Origin: Acidilobaceae archaeon
GTDB lineage: Archaea > Thermoproteota > Thermoprotei_A > Sulfolobales > Acidilobaceae
Direction of reading: 5' to 3'
Assembly (NCBI GenBank): GCA_038897215.1
Contig: JAWAWX010000001.1
Span: forward strand, 608,001-672,000
DNA length: 64,000 nucleotides
Shown here: positions 27,068-37,247 of the stretch, one piece after another
How the letters are laid out: each line of letters starts with the position of its first letter
How positions within the stretch are numbered: position 1 is the stretch's first letter
Position numbers and translations under genes: made by a program
Notes under the pieces: model-generated
Told to the model about the DNA's origin: nothing
Database searches by the model: none
What the model saw: the letters and a program-made list of their open reading frames with translations, nothing else

Positions 27068-28726
27068 GTGAGCGTCAGGATCCCAGTTACCGAGGCTACA
27101 GGAGTCCCAGTGTTGATACTGAAAGAGGGGACCTCTAGGACTGTCGGCAGAGAGGCTTTTAGAGTCAACGCTATGGCTGTGAAGGCTATCGCCGAGATGC
27201 TGAGGACCACATATGGCCCCAAGGGAATGGATAAGATGCTGGTAGATAGCCTCGGCGATATAACGATAACCAACGACGGAGCCACTATACTCGACAAGAT
27301 GGATGTCCAGCATCCCACAGCTAAGATGCTAGTCCAGATAGCAAAAGGGCAGGACGCTGAGGCGGGTGATGGGACTAAGACCGCGGTCATACTGGCTGGA
27401 GAGCTCATAAAGGAGGCGGAGAAGCTTCTCGATAAGAACATACACCCAACGATAATAATCGAGGGCTACAAGCAGGCTGCTGAGAAAGCTGTCGAGTACC
27501 TCTCCTCCATAGCTATCTCCATCACTCCCGAGCAGAGAGACGTGCTCTTGAGGATAGCTATGACTAGCTTGAGTAGCAAGGCTGTGAAAGACGCTAGAGA
27601 GCACCTGGCGGAGCTCGCTGTAGAAGCTGTTCTAGCTGTAGCCGAGAAGCGTGGAGACAGGTGGTACGTAGACCACAACAACATACAGATCATCAAGAAA
27701 CACGGAGGTAGCCTCCAGGACACTCAGCTAGTCAAGGGCATAGTCTTAGACAAGGAGGTAGTCCACCCAGACATGCCCAAGAGAGTGGAGAACGCTAGGA
27801 TAGCTCTCCTAGACGCTCCTCTCGAGATAGAGAAGCCCGAGATCGACTTGGAGATAAGCATATCGAGCCCCGAGCATCTCAAGAAGCTGATGGAGAAACA
27901 GGAGAGGATACTAGCGGAGAAGGTTGAGAAGATAGCTGCTACCGGAGCCAACGTGGTGATCACTCAGAAAGGCATAGACGACGTGGCTCAGTACTATCTA
28001 GCTAGAAAGGGGATACTGGCAGTCAGGAGAGTCAAGAGGAGCGATATAGAGAAGCTAGCTAGAGCAACCGGAGCCAGGATAGTCACAGACATAGACGACC
28101 TGAAGCCCGAAGACTTAGGCTACGCTACTCTAGTAGAGGAGAGGAAGGTTGGAGAAGACAAGATGGTGTTCATAGAGGGAGCTAAGGAGCAGAGAAGCGT
28201 CACTATACTCATAAGAGGAGGCTTCGAGAGACTCGTTGAGGAGGCGGATAGAGCTCTACACGACGCCATAAGGAGCGTGGCAGACGCCGTCATGGACGGG
28301 AAAATCGTGGGTGGAGCCGGGGCAGCAGAGGTAGAGGTGGCTAAACACCTCTACGAGTACTCGAAGAGCCTAGCCGGCAAGATCCAGCTAGCGGTAGAGT
28401 CTTACGCGCGAGCCCTAGAATCCATACCCCAGATACTGGCCTTCAACGCGGGGCTAGACCCGATAGAGACTCTAGTCAAGCTGAGGAGCGCTCACGCCAG
28501 CCCTGAGGGCAGGTGGATAGGTCTAGACGTAGACACAGGGAACCCCCTGAACTCCATAGAGAGAGGGATAGTGGAGCCTCTCAGAGTGAAAGCAAACGCC
28601 TACAAGGCGGCAGCAGAGATAGCCACGCTCATACTCAGAATAGACGATATGATAGCAGCCAAGAGAGAGGAGAAGAAGGAAGAGGAGAAGAAGAAGGAGA
28701 AGAAGGAAGAAGAAGAGGAGAAGTAG
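27068..28726 (+). CDS. ths: Thermosome (group II chaperonin) subunit
   Basis: GPKGMDKML, TNDGATIL, GDGTKT; K/E-rich tail. Confidence 0.97.
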   Translation: MSVRIPVTEATGVPVLILKEGTSRTVGREAFRVNAMAVKAIAEMLRTTYGPKGMDKMLVDSLGDITITNDGATILDKMDVQHPTAKMLVQIAKGQDAEAGDGTKTAVILAGELIKEAEKLLDKNIHPTIIIEGYKQAAEKAVEYLSSIAISITPEQRDVLLRIAMTSLSSKAVKDAREHLAELAVEAVLAVAEKRGDRWYVDHNNIQIIKKHGGSLQDTQLVKGIVLDKEVVHPDMPKRVENARIALLDAPLEIEKPEIDLEISISSPEHLKKLMEKQERILAEKVEKIAATGANVVITQKGIDDVAQYYLARKGILAVRRVKRSDIEKLARATGARIVTDIDDLKPEDLGYATLVEERKVGEDKMVFIEGAKEQRSVTILIRGGFERLVEEADRALHDAIRSVADAVMDGKIVGGAGAAEVEVAKHLYEYSKSLAGKIQLAVESYARALESIPQILAFNAGLDPIETLVKLRSAHASPEGRWIGLDVDTGNPLNSIERGIVEPLRVKANAYKAAAEIATLILRIDDMIAAKREEKKEEEKKKEKKEEEEEK

Positions 28727-28831
28727 GGAATCCCGCTGAGCCCTTCTCTCTCCCCTCTCGATTAAGTAGCTCTCAAACCCGCTCCTAGCCTCTATTCTAT
28801 CCTCTAGTCTAGCCTAGCATCTAGGAGCCTA

Positions 28832-28889
28832 GGGGTCGGCGAGGTGTCTTCTACTCACTAGCTCGTCGTCGTCGCCTCCCCTCATCCCC
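28832..28889 (-). ncRNA. Candidate box C/D guide sRNA (~58 nt)
   Basis: GGGGAUGA...CUAGUGA...CCGACCCC: C-like box, C'-like box, D-like box CCGA and a GGGG/CCCC terminal stem. TTATAG lies ~26-31 nt upstream on the minus strand. Confidence 0.5.
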
Positions 28890-28970
28890 GGCTATCACTG
28901 TACTTGTCGAGGAGCTATAAGGCTATGTTTTCTCTGAGGGCTTGTAGGCTTAGTCGCGCTAGCTCTCGGG

Positions 28971-30398
28971 GTGCGCGGCTTGAGTGAGGAGGCTCCCGTC
29001 AAGACTCACGTGGACTACGCTCACGAACTCGACGTCTTGGTCAAGCCGGAAGCCTTGATCCCGGGCGTGGAGAGAGAGGCGGGCTCTCTCCTGGGCTCCG
29101 GCTTCCCCTTGTTCAGCATAGGCGGAGGCTACTTGAGGCAAGCTCTCTCCTGGATCCTCCTAAGCTTCCACTCTAGGCGAGGCTACTACATAGTGGATAC
29201 TCCGTCTATAGCTAGTAGCGAGCTCTTCCAGATCTCCGGCCACATGGACTTCTACAGGAAGAACATGTTCGTGCTGAGCATAGAGGAGAAAGACTACGTG
29301 GTAAAGCCCATGAACTGCCCCTTCCACATCCTCATATTCTTGAACGAGCTCGGCAAGAGAAGAGGCAGGCTCAAGCTCCCCTTCAAGATATTCGAGCTCG
29401 GCAGAGTCCACAGGTACGAGCCCAGCGGGACTATACACGGGCTGCTTAGAGTCAGAGGCTTCACTCAAGACGATGCCCACATAGTGGTGGAGGAGTCTCA
29501 GACAGCTGAGGTCGTGCTGAGTGTGTTCGAGGAGATGAGAGTGCTCCTAGAGGAGGTCTTCTCTCTCCCTCTGGGCTCGGAGAACGCCCGGATTAGAGTC
29601 AGCGTCTCCGACAAGAGCCTAATAGGCAAAGACTTCATGGGCTCTCTCAGCGAGTGGGAGCACGCTGAAGACGTTCTAGAGAAGGTGGCGAGACACATAG
29701 AGGAGCGCTACGGAGTAAAGAAGACCGTGGGGGTTGGCGAGGCAGCCTTCTACGGGCCTAAGATAGACTTCATGCTTGTCGTGAGAGAAGCGAGCGTAGT
29801 CAAGGAGTGGCAGATGGGCACGATCCAGTTCGACTTCAACCTACCCAGGAGATTCAATATAGAGAAAGAGGTCAGAGAGGTCTTCGGAGACGTGAGGGTA
29901 TACCTGATCCACAGAGCTCTACTAGGCTCTCTCGAGAGATTCCTAGGAGGCTACCTGGAGTACTCTAGAGGCAGGCTGCCCTTCCCGCTAGCCCCTCTCC
30001 AGATAGCGGTTCTCGCCATCAAGGGGGGAGGCGAGGAGGACAGAGAGATAGCGGAGATAGCCGAGGAGCTCAAGAAGAGACTCGCATCGCTCGGGTTCAG
30101 AGTAGGGGTAGCGGAGACGAGCAAGACGGGGCTCTCCGGCGCTGTGAGACAGCTCGAGTCAACCCTGAAGCCCCCCATCGTGGTCTACGTGGGGGCTCGC
30201 GAAGCCAGAGAGAGGTTCCTCACAGTCTCAGTGTACTCTATGAGAGACCGTAGGAGAGAGCAGAAGAGAGTACGCTACGAGACGCTGGAAGACGCGGTCT
30301 CCAGGCTAGAGGAGCTAGCAGAGCAGCTAGAAGAGGGGGTGGTCAGAGTCTCGGGAGCCAGGCCCAGGCTACCGGCAGACCTCAGCTTCCTCCTCTAG
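28971..30398 (+). CDS. thrS: Threonyl-tRNA synthetase, catalytic subunit without editing domain (crenarchaeal ThrRS-cat)
   Basis: KPMNCPFH, GLLRVRGFTQDDAH, AFYGPKID, IHRALLGSLERF; no N-terminal editing domain. Confidence 0.93.
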   Translation: MRGLSEEAPVKTHVDYAHELDVLVKPEALIPGVEREAGSLLGSGFPLFSIGGGYLRQALSWILLSFHSRRGYYIVDTPSIASSELFQISGHMDFYRKNMFVLSIEEKDYVVKPMNCPFHILIFLNELGKRRGRLKLPFKIFELGRVHRYEPSGTIHGLLRVRGFTQDDAHIVVEESQTAEVVLSVFEEMRVLLEEVFSLPLGSENARIRVSVSDKSLIGKDFMGSLSEWEHAEDVLEKVARHIEERYGVKKTVGVGEAAFYGPKIDFMLVVREASVVKEWQMGTIQFDFNLPRRFNIEKEVREVFGDVRVYLIHRALLGSLERFLGGYLEYSRGRLPFPLAPLQIAVLAIKGGGEEDREIAEIAEELKKRLASLGFRVGVAETSKTGLSGAVRQLESTLKPPIVVYVGAREARERFLTVSVYSMRDRRREQKRVRYETLEDAVSRLEELAEQLEEGVVRVSGARPRLPADLSFLL

Positions 30399-30536
30399 GG
30401 TTGGAGAGCGGAGGGCGAGGGGCTGGGAGGATTTGTGCTAGACCCCGCCGGCTCCCCTCTTCATCCCATTCCCGGGTAGCTCTCCGGGAGCGTCTGAGAG
30501 GTTCCCCGGGCTCTAGCTTCCTCCTCTCCGAGCTTA

Positions 30537-31826
30537 TTAGCGTTTGAACGCGGAGACTCCAGCGTACCTAGCCTGGGGGCCGAGCTCTTCCTCGATCTCG
30601 ATTAGCCTATTGTACTTAGCCGTTCTCTCTCCTCGAGCCGGAGCTCCCGTCTTTATCAGGGGGGCTCTCAGAGCTACAGCTAGGTCTGCTATGAAGGGGT
30701 CTTCTGTGTCGCCGCTTCTATGGCTCACGACCACCTTGAGCTGGCTGGATTCGGCTAGGTGAGCGTACTCTAGAGCCTCTGTGAGAGTCCCCACCTGGTT
30801 TACTTTGAGTAGAGCTGCTGTCGTCGAGCCAGCCTCCAGACCCTTCTTGAGCCTGTCTACTCTGGTGACGTATAGGTCGTCTCCGCAGACTAGAGCTCTC
30901 CCCCCGAGTCTTCTGGCTAGTTCAGCGAACCCCTCGAAGTCGTCTTCTGCCAGAGGGTCTTCTATGTAGGCTATGGGGTATCTCGACGCTAGCCCCGCGT
31001 AGAGCTCTACGAGCTCTCCTCTGCCGAGCAGCCTCCCGTCTACTCTGTAGCCTCCGCTCTCTCTAAGCTGGCTAGCTGCAGCGTCGACCCCTAGGAGCAC
31101 GTCTGAGCCCTCAGAGTAGCCCGACCTCCTCACAGCCTCTACTAGAGCCTCTAGAGCCTCCTCCACTCTCCTCATGGGGGGAGCGAAGCCTCCCTCGTCT
31201 CCAACGTTCACAGCGCTCGCTCCATACCTCTCTCTAAGCAACCTCTTGAGCTCCCAGTAGACCTCTACGGCTACGCGGAGAGCTTCAGTGAAGCTATCAG
31301 CGTTCACGGGAGCGATCAGGAACTCCTGGAAGGAGAGCTCGTTGCCAGCATGAACCCCCCCGTTGATCACGTTCATGAGGGGGGTCGGGAGAACCCTGGC
31401 CGAGACCCCGCCCAGGTACCTGTAGAGAGGGAGGCCTAGCTGAGCTGCCGCAGCTCTAGCCACAGCCAGGCTGACGGCTGTGGTCACGTTGCCCCCGAGT
31501 CTCGACTTATCCTCCGTTCCGTCTAGAGCAACCAGCATAGCGTCTACCAAAGCCTGGCTCCTCGCATCAACCCCCACAAGCCTGGGGGCGACGACCTCGT
31601 TGAGCCTAGCTAAAGCGATAGAGACCCCTCTCCCAGCCCACCTCCTCCCCCCATCTCTCAGCTCTACAGCCTCCCCCGAGCCTCTACTAGCACCACTCGG
31701 AGCAATAGCCCAGCCGACAGCACCCCCCCGAGTAGCGACTACAGCCTTAACAGTAGGAGACCCTCGAGAGTCGAGAGCAAGAAGCCCTCTAACAGAAGCT
31801 ATCTCGAAAACCCCCAAGACACCCAC
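30537..31826 (-). CDS. eno: Enolase
   Basis: DSRGSPTV, PSGAS, GDEGGFAP, SHRSGDTED, IKTGAP.RGER. Confidence 0.97.
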   Translation of the reverse strand: MGVLGVFEIASVRGLLALDSRGSPTVKAVVATRGGAVGWAIAPSGASRGSGEAVELRDGGRRWAGRGVSIALARLNEVVAPRLVGVDARSQALVDAMLVALDGTEDKSRLGGNVTTAVSLAVARAAAAQLGLPLYRYLGGVSARVLPTPLMNVINGGVHAGNELSFQEFLIAPVNADSFTEALRVAVEVYWELKRLLRERYGASAVNVGDEGGFAPPMRRVEEALEALVEAVRRSGYSEGSDVLLGVDAAASQLRESGGYRVDGRLLGRGELVELYAGLASRYPIAYIEDPLAEDDFEGFAELARRLGGRALVCGDDLYVTRVDRLKKGLEAGSTTAALLKVNQVGTLTEALEYAHLAESSQLKVVVSHRSGDTEDPFIADLAVALRAPLIKTGAPARGERTAKYNRLIEIEEELGPQARYAGVSAFKR

Positions 31827-31928
31827 ACACCCAGCCGAGGAGACCCCCAGCAGAGCGAGGAAAAAACTTTAGCGAGAAAGAATGGAGGGAGAGAGAAGAG
31901 AGCTAGCGGCTACGGAGTCTGCTACTCG

Positions 31929-32321
31929 CTAGCCTCTGGGCTCGACGGGTCTCTCAATGGTGTACTCGCTACCGGCCTCAGTGAAGACCTTTATGACGTG
32001 CATCTGCCCTACAGTGAGAGGCTTACCGGTCTCACAGTCTAGCTCTTTTGACTCTCCAGCTCCTATCACTATATTGACATCACATTTTCCTACTCCGACT
32101 ACCTCTATTCTAACTACCTTGGATGCTGCTGTTCCATCGTTCTTGACTAGGAGTTCTACAGTGCCATCGTTGTAGAGTCTAGCGTAGCTTATCTTTAGCC
32201 TCTCTCCTCCTCCTAGCCCACCCCAGATGCCCATTACCCAGGCTCCTACGGCTAGAGCTATGGCTATGGTTACAGCGATCAGGATTACTGTGGCGATTAC
32301 GGGGCTTATTCCTCTACGCAC
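31929..32321 (-). CDS. Type IV prepilin (probable major pilin)
   Basis: Class III signal RRG/ISPVIATVILIAVTIAIAL; GAGGTGA SD. Confidence 0.9.
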   Translation of the reverse strand: MRRGISPVIATVILIAVTIAIALAVGAWVMGIWGGLGGGERLKISYARLYNDGTVELLVKNDGTAASKVVRIEVVGVGKCDVNIVIGAGESKELDCETGKPLTVGQMHVIKVFTEAGSEYTIERPVEPRG

Positions 32322-32458
32322 GGCGTGTCACCTCAGCCCTGTTCCTAGTACTGGTTTCTCTTTGCTTCTGCTTAGTTTTTGCGTCTTAGATCGGCTAGAA
32401 TCCGTGTTCTCCCTTATATATACTATTCTGAGTGATCGATCGCTCTGGATCCAGCTGT

Positions 32459-33067
32459 CTAGCCCGTGACGTATACCCGGGCTGATGCTAGGTGGGGTGT
32501 GTTGTTTATGTAGGCTATGATGGCTATGGTTACTGGCCCCTTGGGGGCTTCTACGTAGAGAGTTCTCGAGGCTCCAGGCTTGAGTAGGAGTGACGCGGCT
32601 GGAGCGAGAGTGCTGGGGACGCCTGCTTCTCCGAGAGTGTACCCTTCAGCCGTAGCCACTCTAGACAAGTCTATCCAGCCGGGGGGCTCTGGCTGGGAGG
32701 GGCAGGGGGGGACTTGTATCAGGCCGTCCACGGACTTGAGTATAGCGAGTCTAGCTAGCGCTCCCTGGCTCACGCTAGCCCCAGTCTCCGTTAGGGCTCC
32801 TGGCACCACGGCTATGGTTATGTAGAGCTCGCTCTGCCCCATGTTGACGACCTCTACTATCATGCAAGCCTGGTCACCGCTAGAGCTAGCGTAGACTAGG
32901 ACGAGGTCTATGCTCGAAGAGACTAGGCTCAGGTAGGATACTCGGGCTCTCTCGCTGGCCAGCCAGGACTGCTGGGAGACAGCGTAGGCGAAGAGAGCCA
33001 GCCCTAGAGCTAGAGTCACAGCCACAAGTATGACAACAGCCACTACGTCTGACTGGCCTCTAGCCAA
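32459..33067 (-). CDS. Type IV prepilin (minor)
   Basis: Class III signal ARG/QSDVVAVVILVAVTLALG. Confidence 0.8.
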   Translation of the reverse strand: MARGQSDVVAVVILVAVTLALGLALFAYAVSQQSWLASERARVSYLSLVSSSIDLVLVYASSSGDQACMIVEVVNMGQSELYITIAVVPGALTETGASVSQGALARLAILKSVDGLIQVPPCPSQPEPPGWIDLSRVATAEGYTLGEAGVPSTLAPAASLLLKPGASRTLYVEAPKGPVTIAIIAYINNTPHLASARVYVTG

Positions 33068-33188
33068 AGCCCTCCCAGTACTCTACTCTAGGAGTGGCGC
33101 TAATTAGTGCTGGATAAGACCTCTCGGCTCTTACTATTAATCGCTAAGATATTATCCTCGAGTTCTACCACCGATTACCGGGAGTAGA

Positions 33189-34946
33189 GTGAAGAAGGCT
33201 CAATCGGAAGCGATCGGAGGAGCCTTAGTGCTAGCCATAGTGATCCTGATCATGATACCCCTGCTTCTAGGCATGTTTGTCGAGACGCAGAGAGGGGTAG
33301 AGAGGTACAAGCACGTAGCATCATTCCAAGCGGAGAGGCTAGCCGAGAAGATCCTAGTAGACTGGGTGCCGGTGCTCGACGAGAGATACCCTGGCTTCTG
33401 GGTGAACAACACGGGCACGGTCGCGGTAGAGCTCCGCACGCTATTCCTCATAGACACGGCATCCCACAAGATACTCTACGCGGTCAACCTGACAGAGTAC
33501 ACTCCGTGGGTAGAAGGAGGCCCCATCGTGAGCATAGTGCTCTTCCCCGAGGTCCGCAGGCACCTGGGAGGGAGGCTCGTGCTCAACCCCGGGGAGGCAG
33601 CGTTCTTCCACCTCGACGGGAGCAAGAGTGAGCTCCGCAGAGTCACAGTCTCAGCGGTCATACTCTCCGGAAGAGGAGTCCTACACCCCACGGGAGGAGC
33701 GGGCTTCGACAGGAGGCTAATCCCCCCGCTCTCGGAGACAGGGCGAGCTACAACAGCGGTGATGCTAGAGCCCAGAATAGTCTTCCTGAACTTCACTAGA
33801 CTCCAAGACCTCCTAAGCCCAGAGTCACCCATAGAGCTCGCTAGCAGAGGGTACTTCAGCAGAGTAAACCCCACAGTAGGAGTAGTAGTCTACGATAGCG
33901 GAGGAGGCCAATACGCGTACGTCGTCGTAGAAGAGCGCAGCAACCACAACGTCAACATAGAGCTGAGAGCCCCAACCCCCTTCACCGCGGTCATAGGCCG
34001 AGCTCCGGGCTCGCAGGATAGATACAACATCCTCCTCACATACCGAACTGGTGCTGGAACACCAGTGAATCCTTATGTGTGGCATAGGGTTAGGATAGAG
34101 GGGCTGACGGTCTCGTCCTTCTCGTTCCAGTACAGTAGTAGCGATGGCTACGTGAACGTCAACACGCAGAACATAGAGGAGGCTCTGGGGTTCTGGTACT
34201 ACGCTAACACCGAAGGTATTCTAGCGCAGCCCGGAGCAAGGCTATCGATAACCGGCAGTATCCGCATAGTAGGGGTAGCGGAGAAGTACGTAGTCTACAG
34301 GCTTCAAGCAACTAGCAGCGGCCAGGTTATGAGTAGCTATGAGCCCTTCGTGTTCGTAGCTGACACTGACGGGAACGGGTACGGCGAAGTCATAATAATC
34401 ACTGAAGACTACGTGTGGGGCACAGTCAACCCGCCTGATGTAAAGTGTAGTGTCGACGAGGGAGGCAGCATCCTAGCCTACTCTGCCTTCATCTCCGGAG
34501 GCAGAATAACCTACAACCCGTGGCACCCGCTGGGAGGGTTCACGTTTAGGCTGAAGGGCGTAGTCTTAGACCCCAGGAAGGTTATCGGTGTCTACGTTAT
34601 GGCTAGAGTCTACTATCACGACACGGAGCTCGGAGGCATCGGCGACTGCGTGATAACGCCGTACCCCATACTCAGATTCCTCCTAGTAGACGATAACTGG
34701 AATGTGCTAGCATTCAAGGACGTGACCTACAACGAGCTCGTAGCTCTAGCCTCAGAGAACACCTGGCCTCCTAACAGGCAGTACGTCTTCGTATCAGCTA
34801 CTCTAGCAGTCCCCGTTACGGACGCTCAGAGACTCTACGTGGCGGTATCTCTCATAGACCCGTTTAGAGGAGTGGGGAGAGACGACTTAGACTTGACTCT
34901 TGGAGTCGAGATCATCGGAGTGATACCCTACGTGAGAGGAGACTGA
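33189..34946 (+). CDS. Large pilin-like adhesin (class III signal)
   Basis: KKA/QSEAIGGALVLAIVIL; VNNTG pilin motif; DTDGNGYGE Ca-binding-like loop. Confidence 0.75.
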   Translation: MKKAQSEAIGGALVLAIVILIMIPLLLGMFVETQRGVERYKHVASFQAERLAEKILVDWVPVLDERYPGFWVNNTGTVAVELRTLFLIDTASHKILYAVNLTEYTPWVEGGPIVSIVLFPEVRRHLGGRLVLNPGEAAFFHLDGSKSELRRVTVSAVILSGRGVLHPTGGAGFDRRLIPPLSETGRATTAVMLEPRIVFLNFTRLQDLLSPESPIELASRGYFSRVNPTVGVVVYDSGGGQYAYVVVEERSNHNVNIELRAPTPFTAVIGRAPGSQDRYNILLTYRTGAGTPVNPYVWHRVRIEGLTVSSFSFQYSSSDGYVNVNTQNIEEALGFWYYANTEGILAQPGARLSITGSIRIVGVAEKYVVYRLQATSSGQVMSSYEPFVFVADTDGNGYGEVIIITEDYVWGTVNPPDVKCSVDEGGSILAYSAFISGGRITYNPWHPLGGFTFRLKGVVLDPRKVIGVYVMARVYYHDTELGGIGDCVITPYPILRFLLVDDNWNVLAFKDVTYNELVALASENTWPPNRQYVFVSATLAVPVTDAQRLYVAVSLIDPFRGVGRDDLDLTLGVEIIGVIPYVRGD

Positions 34947-35512
34947 TAGCAGGCTCTCGAGGCTATGGCTTTAGCGTAGGCGGGAGCGCAGGAGGCTAGA
35001 GTCCCCCGATTCTCTAGAGTGACTCTGATTATGGGGGCTCTCGCTACTAGAGCCTCGTATATGCTAGGGTGAGTCTCGCGGAGTCTTCTATGGACTACGG
35101 CTACGTAGAGTCTGCCCGACTCCACGGCCTTCTCCAGAGCTCTCCTCAGCTCCTCTACGAGGAGCTCCATTGGCCCGATCTCGTCTACTGCCACGACCTG
35201 GCACTCTCTGAGAGCTCTCTCCAGAGCCCTGACCCCTACTCTCACAGCGTCCTCCTCCACGACAGCGTACCTCCCCACTCTAACCCTCCCAGGAGCTCCG
35301 GCTCTAGCCAGCCACCCCTCCTCCCCCGTGGCCAAGTCCACTATCCTGAAGCCCACTCTCGAGCCCCCCACTCTGACCTCGGGAGCGCTGAAGCCCCCCA
35401 CGCTGCAGCCGAGAGAGCGGAGCTCAGCGACAACCTTGGAGAATATCGTGCTCTTCCCGACCCCGGGCTCTCCCGTCAGGTACAGCCTCCCCCATGGGAG
35501 AGAGCACTCCAC
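34928..35512 (-). CDS. Nucleoside-triphosphatase THEP1/NTPase_1
   Basis: LTGEPGVGKST, EVR.GG.RVGF, VGRY.V, VDEIGPME. Confidence 0.92.
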   Translation of the reverse strand: MECSLPWGRLYLTGEPGVGKSTIFSKVVAELRSLGCSVGGFSAPEVRVGGSRVGFRIVDLATGEEGWLARAGAPGRVRVGRYAVVEEDAVRVGVRALERALRECQVVAVDEIGPMELLVEELRRALEKAVESGRLYVAVVHRRLRETHPSIYEALVARAPIIRVTLENRGTLASCAPAYAKAIASRACYQSPLT

Positions 35513-35592
35513 GAGAGCCCCCTCGAGCTGCTGTGAGGTCGAGTAAAGGCTAATTACGTGGCGCTCAGAGTATATCCAGGCTGGGGGAGGTC

Positions 35593-37197
35593 TTGAGCCA
35601 GCCTCTGGGCTACGTCGTCAAGTCTCTGGACCACCGTACGGCTATAGCTGTGTCACGAAACCCTCTACCCGTGGGCGAGTACGTCTCAGCATCCTTCACT
35701 GTAGACGACCCGATGAGGGGAGAGAAAGAGATCTCGACTCTGGCACTAGTCTCCGTAACCTCCTACCTCCCGCTAGTCCCTGAGAGCGTGCTGAGATTCG
35801 TCGGGCCAGAGTCTAAGCCTAAGACTCCCTCTCTGAAGTACACAGAGTCCACTCTCTACGTCGTAGCCCAGGTAGACAAAGAGACCGAGCAGGCAGAGCC
35901 CCCCAGGTACCCGATACCTCCAGACACCCCCCTGGAGCCAGCTAGCAGAGAGCTGCTATCAGCAGTCTACGGGAGCAAGACCGGTATCGTGAGGATCGGT
36001 CTTCTAGCTCCCAGAGAGCTGGGGGTAGAGGTGAGGATAGACCCGAACAAGCTCGCTAAACACCTCTTCATAGCTGGAGCCACGGGGTCCGGTAAGAGCA
36101 ACACTGTAGCTATACTAGCCGATAGACTATCCAGGATGGGGGCTCCGGTCATAATCTTCGACGTCCACGGAGAGTACTCGCTAACCCCCGAGGACGGAAA
36201 TACAAGCAGAGTCGTCAGAGTGAACGCTAAGATCAACCCTCTAGCGATACCGCCTAGAATGATGGCCTCGATAATAATCCCAGAAGCGCAAGCACGCAGA
36301 CAGAGGAGAGCACTCTCGATAGCTCTCAGAAACCTCAAGAAGAAGATACAAGAGGAGAAGGAGAAAGAGAAGCTCTCCACAGAGGAGGCTGTAGTAAAGC
36401 TCTATGAGAAAACCAGGTCGGTGCGGAGAGAAGAAGAGGACGAGGAGGAACTCTCCTGGGGCCCTCAGCTGCCAATACAGCTCTTCAAAGAGCTCCTGAT
36501 AAGAGAGGTGTTCTCTCTAGCCAGCAGAGGAGTGATCGATGGAAAGCAGAGAGACACAGTCATAGACAAGGTCGAGGAGTTCTTCGAGTACACTCCTCTA
36601 ACTCTACAAGAGGACCCAGTAGTGGAGAGAGCTAGACGCGGGTCTATAGTCGTAGTCGACTCCTCAGAGCTCTCAGACGAGCAGAGAAGGTGGGTCTTGA
36701 AGATTCTAGCGGACTCAGTCCTCAACAAACTGAAGGAGGCGAGAGGCTCGCAGTCCATAGTCTTAGTCGTAGAGGAGGCTCCACTGTTCCTGGATTCGTG
36801 GCTCCAACACCCGGTCAAAGACAGCTTGCAGAGGCTAGCTAGAGAAGGGAGAAAGTTTGGAGCATGCCTAATCGTCGTTAGCCAAAGGCCGAGGAATCTC
36901 GATTTAAACGTCGTCAGCCAGCTCCAGAACTTCGTCTTCCTCAGGATGGTTCAGCTAGACGACATTAGGGTTGTAGCCAACGCTGCCGACTCTCTAGACG
37001 AGAAGCTAGCATCAATCATCCCAAGCCTCCCCGACGGCAGAGCGATAGTGATGGGGGAGTGGCTGGGCAGATTCCCAGCTCTAGTAGACATAGACCTGCA
37101 TAGAGGCAAGAGAGTTGGAGCAACGCCAAACCTCGTGGAGCTCTGGGCTAGCGGAGAGCCTAGAGGAGTTGAGAGTCTTCCAGTAGAGCCCTTCTAG
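35593..37197 (+). CDS. HerA-family (HAS barrel + DUF87) ATPase/DNA translocase
   Basis: KHLFIAGATGSGKSN, FDVHGEY, VEEAP, AREGRKFG, SQRP. Confidence 0.88.
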   Translation: MSQPLGYVVKSLDHRTAIAVSRNPLPVGEYVSASFTVDDPMRGEKEISTLALVSVTSYLPLVPESVLRFVGPESKPKTPSLKYTESTLYVVAQVDKETEQAEPPRYPIPPDTPLEPASRELLSAVYGSKTGIVRIGLLAPRELGVEVRIDPNKLAKHLFIAGATGSGKSNTVAILADRLSRMGAPVIIFDVHGEYSLTPEDGNTSRVVRVNAKINPLAIPPRMMASIIIPEAQARRQRRALSIALRNLKKKIQEEKEKEKLSTEEAVVKLYEKTRSVRREEEDEEELSWGPQLPIQLFKELLIREVFSLASRGVIDGKQRDTVIDKVEEFFEYTPLTLQEDPVVERARRGSIVVVDSSELSDEQRRWVLKILADSVLNKLKEARGSQSIVLVVEEAPLFLDSWLQHPVKDSLQRLAREGRKFGACLIVVSQRPRNLDLNVVSQLQNFVFLRMVQLDDIRVVANAADSLDEKLASIIPSLPDGRAIVMGEWLGRFPALVDIDLHRGKRVGATPNLVELWASGEPRGVESLPVEPF

Positions 37198-37247
37198 AAC
37201 TAGTTTAAAACACTCGCTCAGCCTACTCCCTCAGCGGTTGGTGCTGA

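Noticed and set aside
28660-28726. GAAGAAGGA-type purine repeat
   Set aside because: Encodes the ordinary K/E-rich thermosome tail
28971-30398. Short ThrRS read as a truncated pseudogene
   Set aside because: Catalytic-only ThrRS with a separate editing protein is normal in Crenarchaea
30399-30536. GC-rich gap with GGATGA on the minus strand
   Set aside because: No box D at suitable spacing; could be a terminator region between convergent genes
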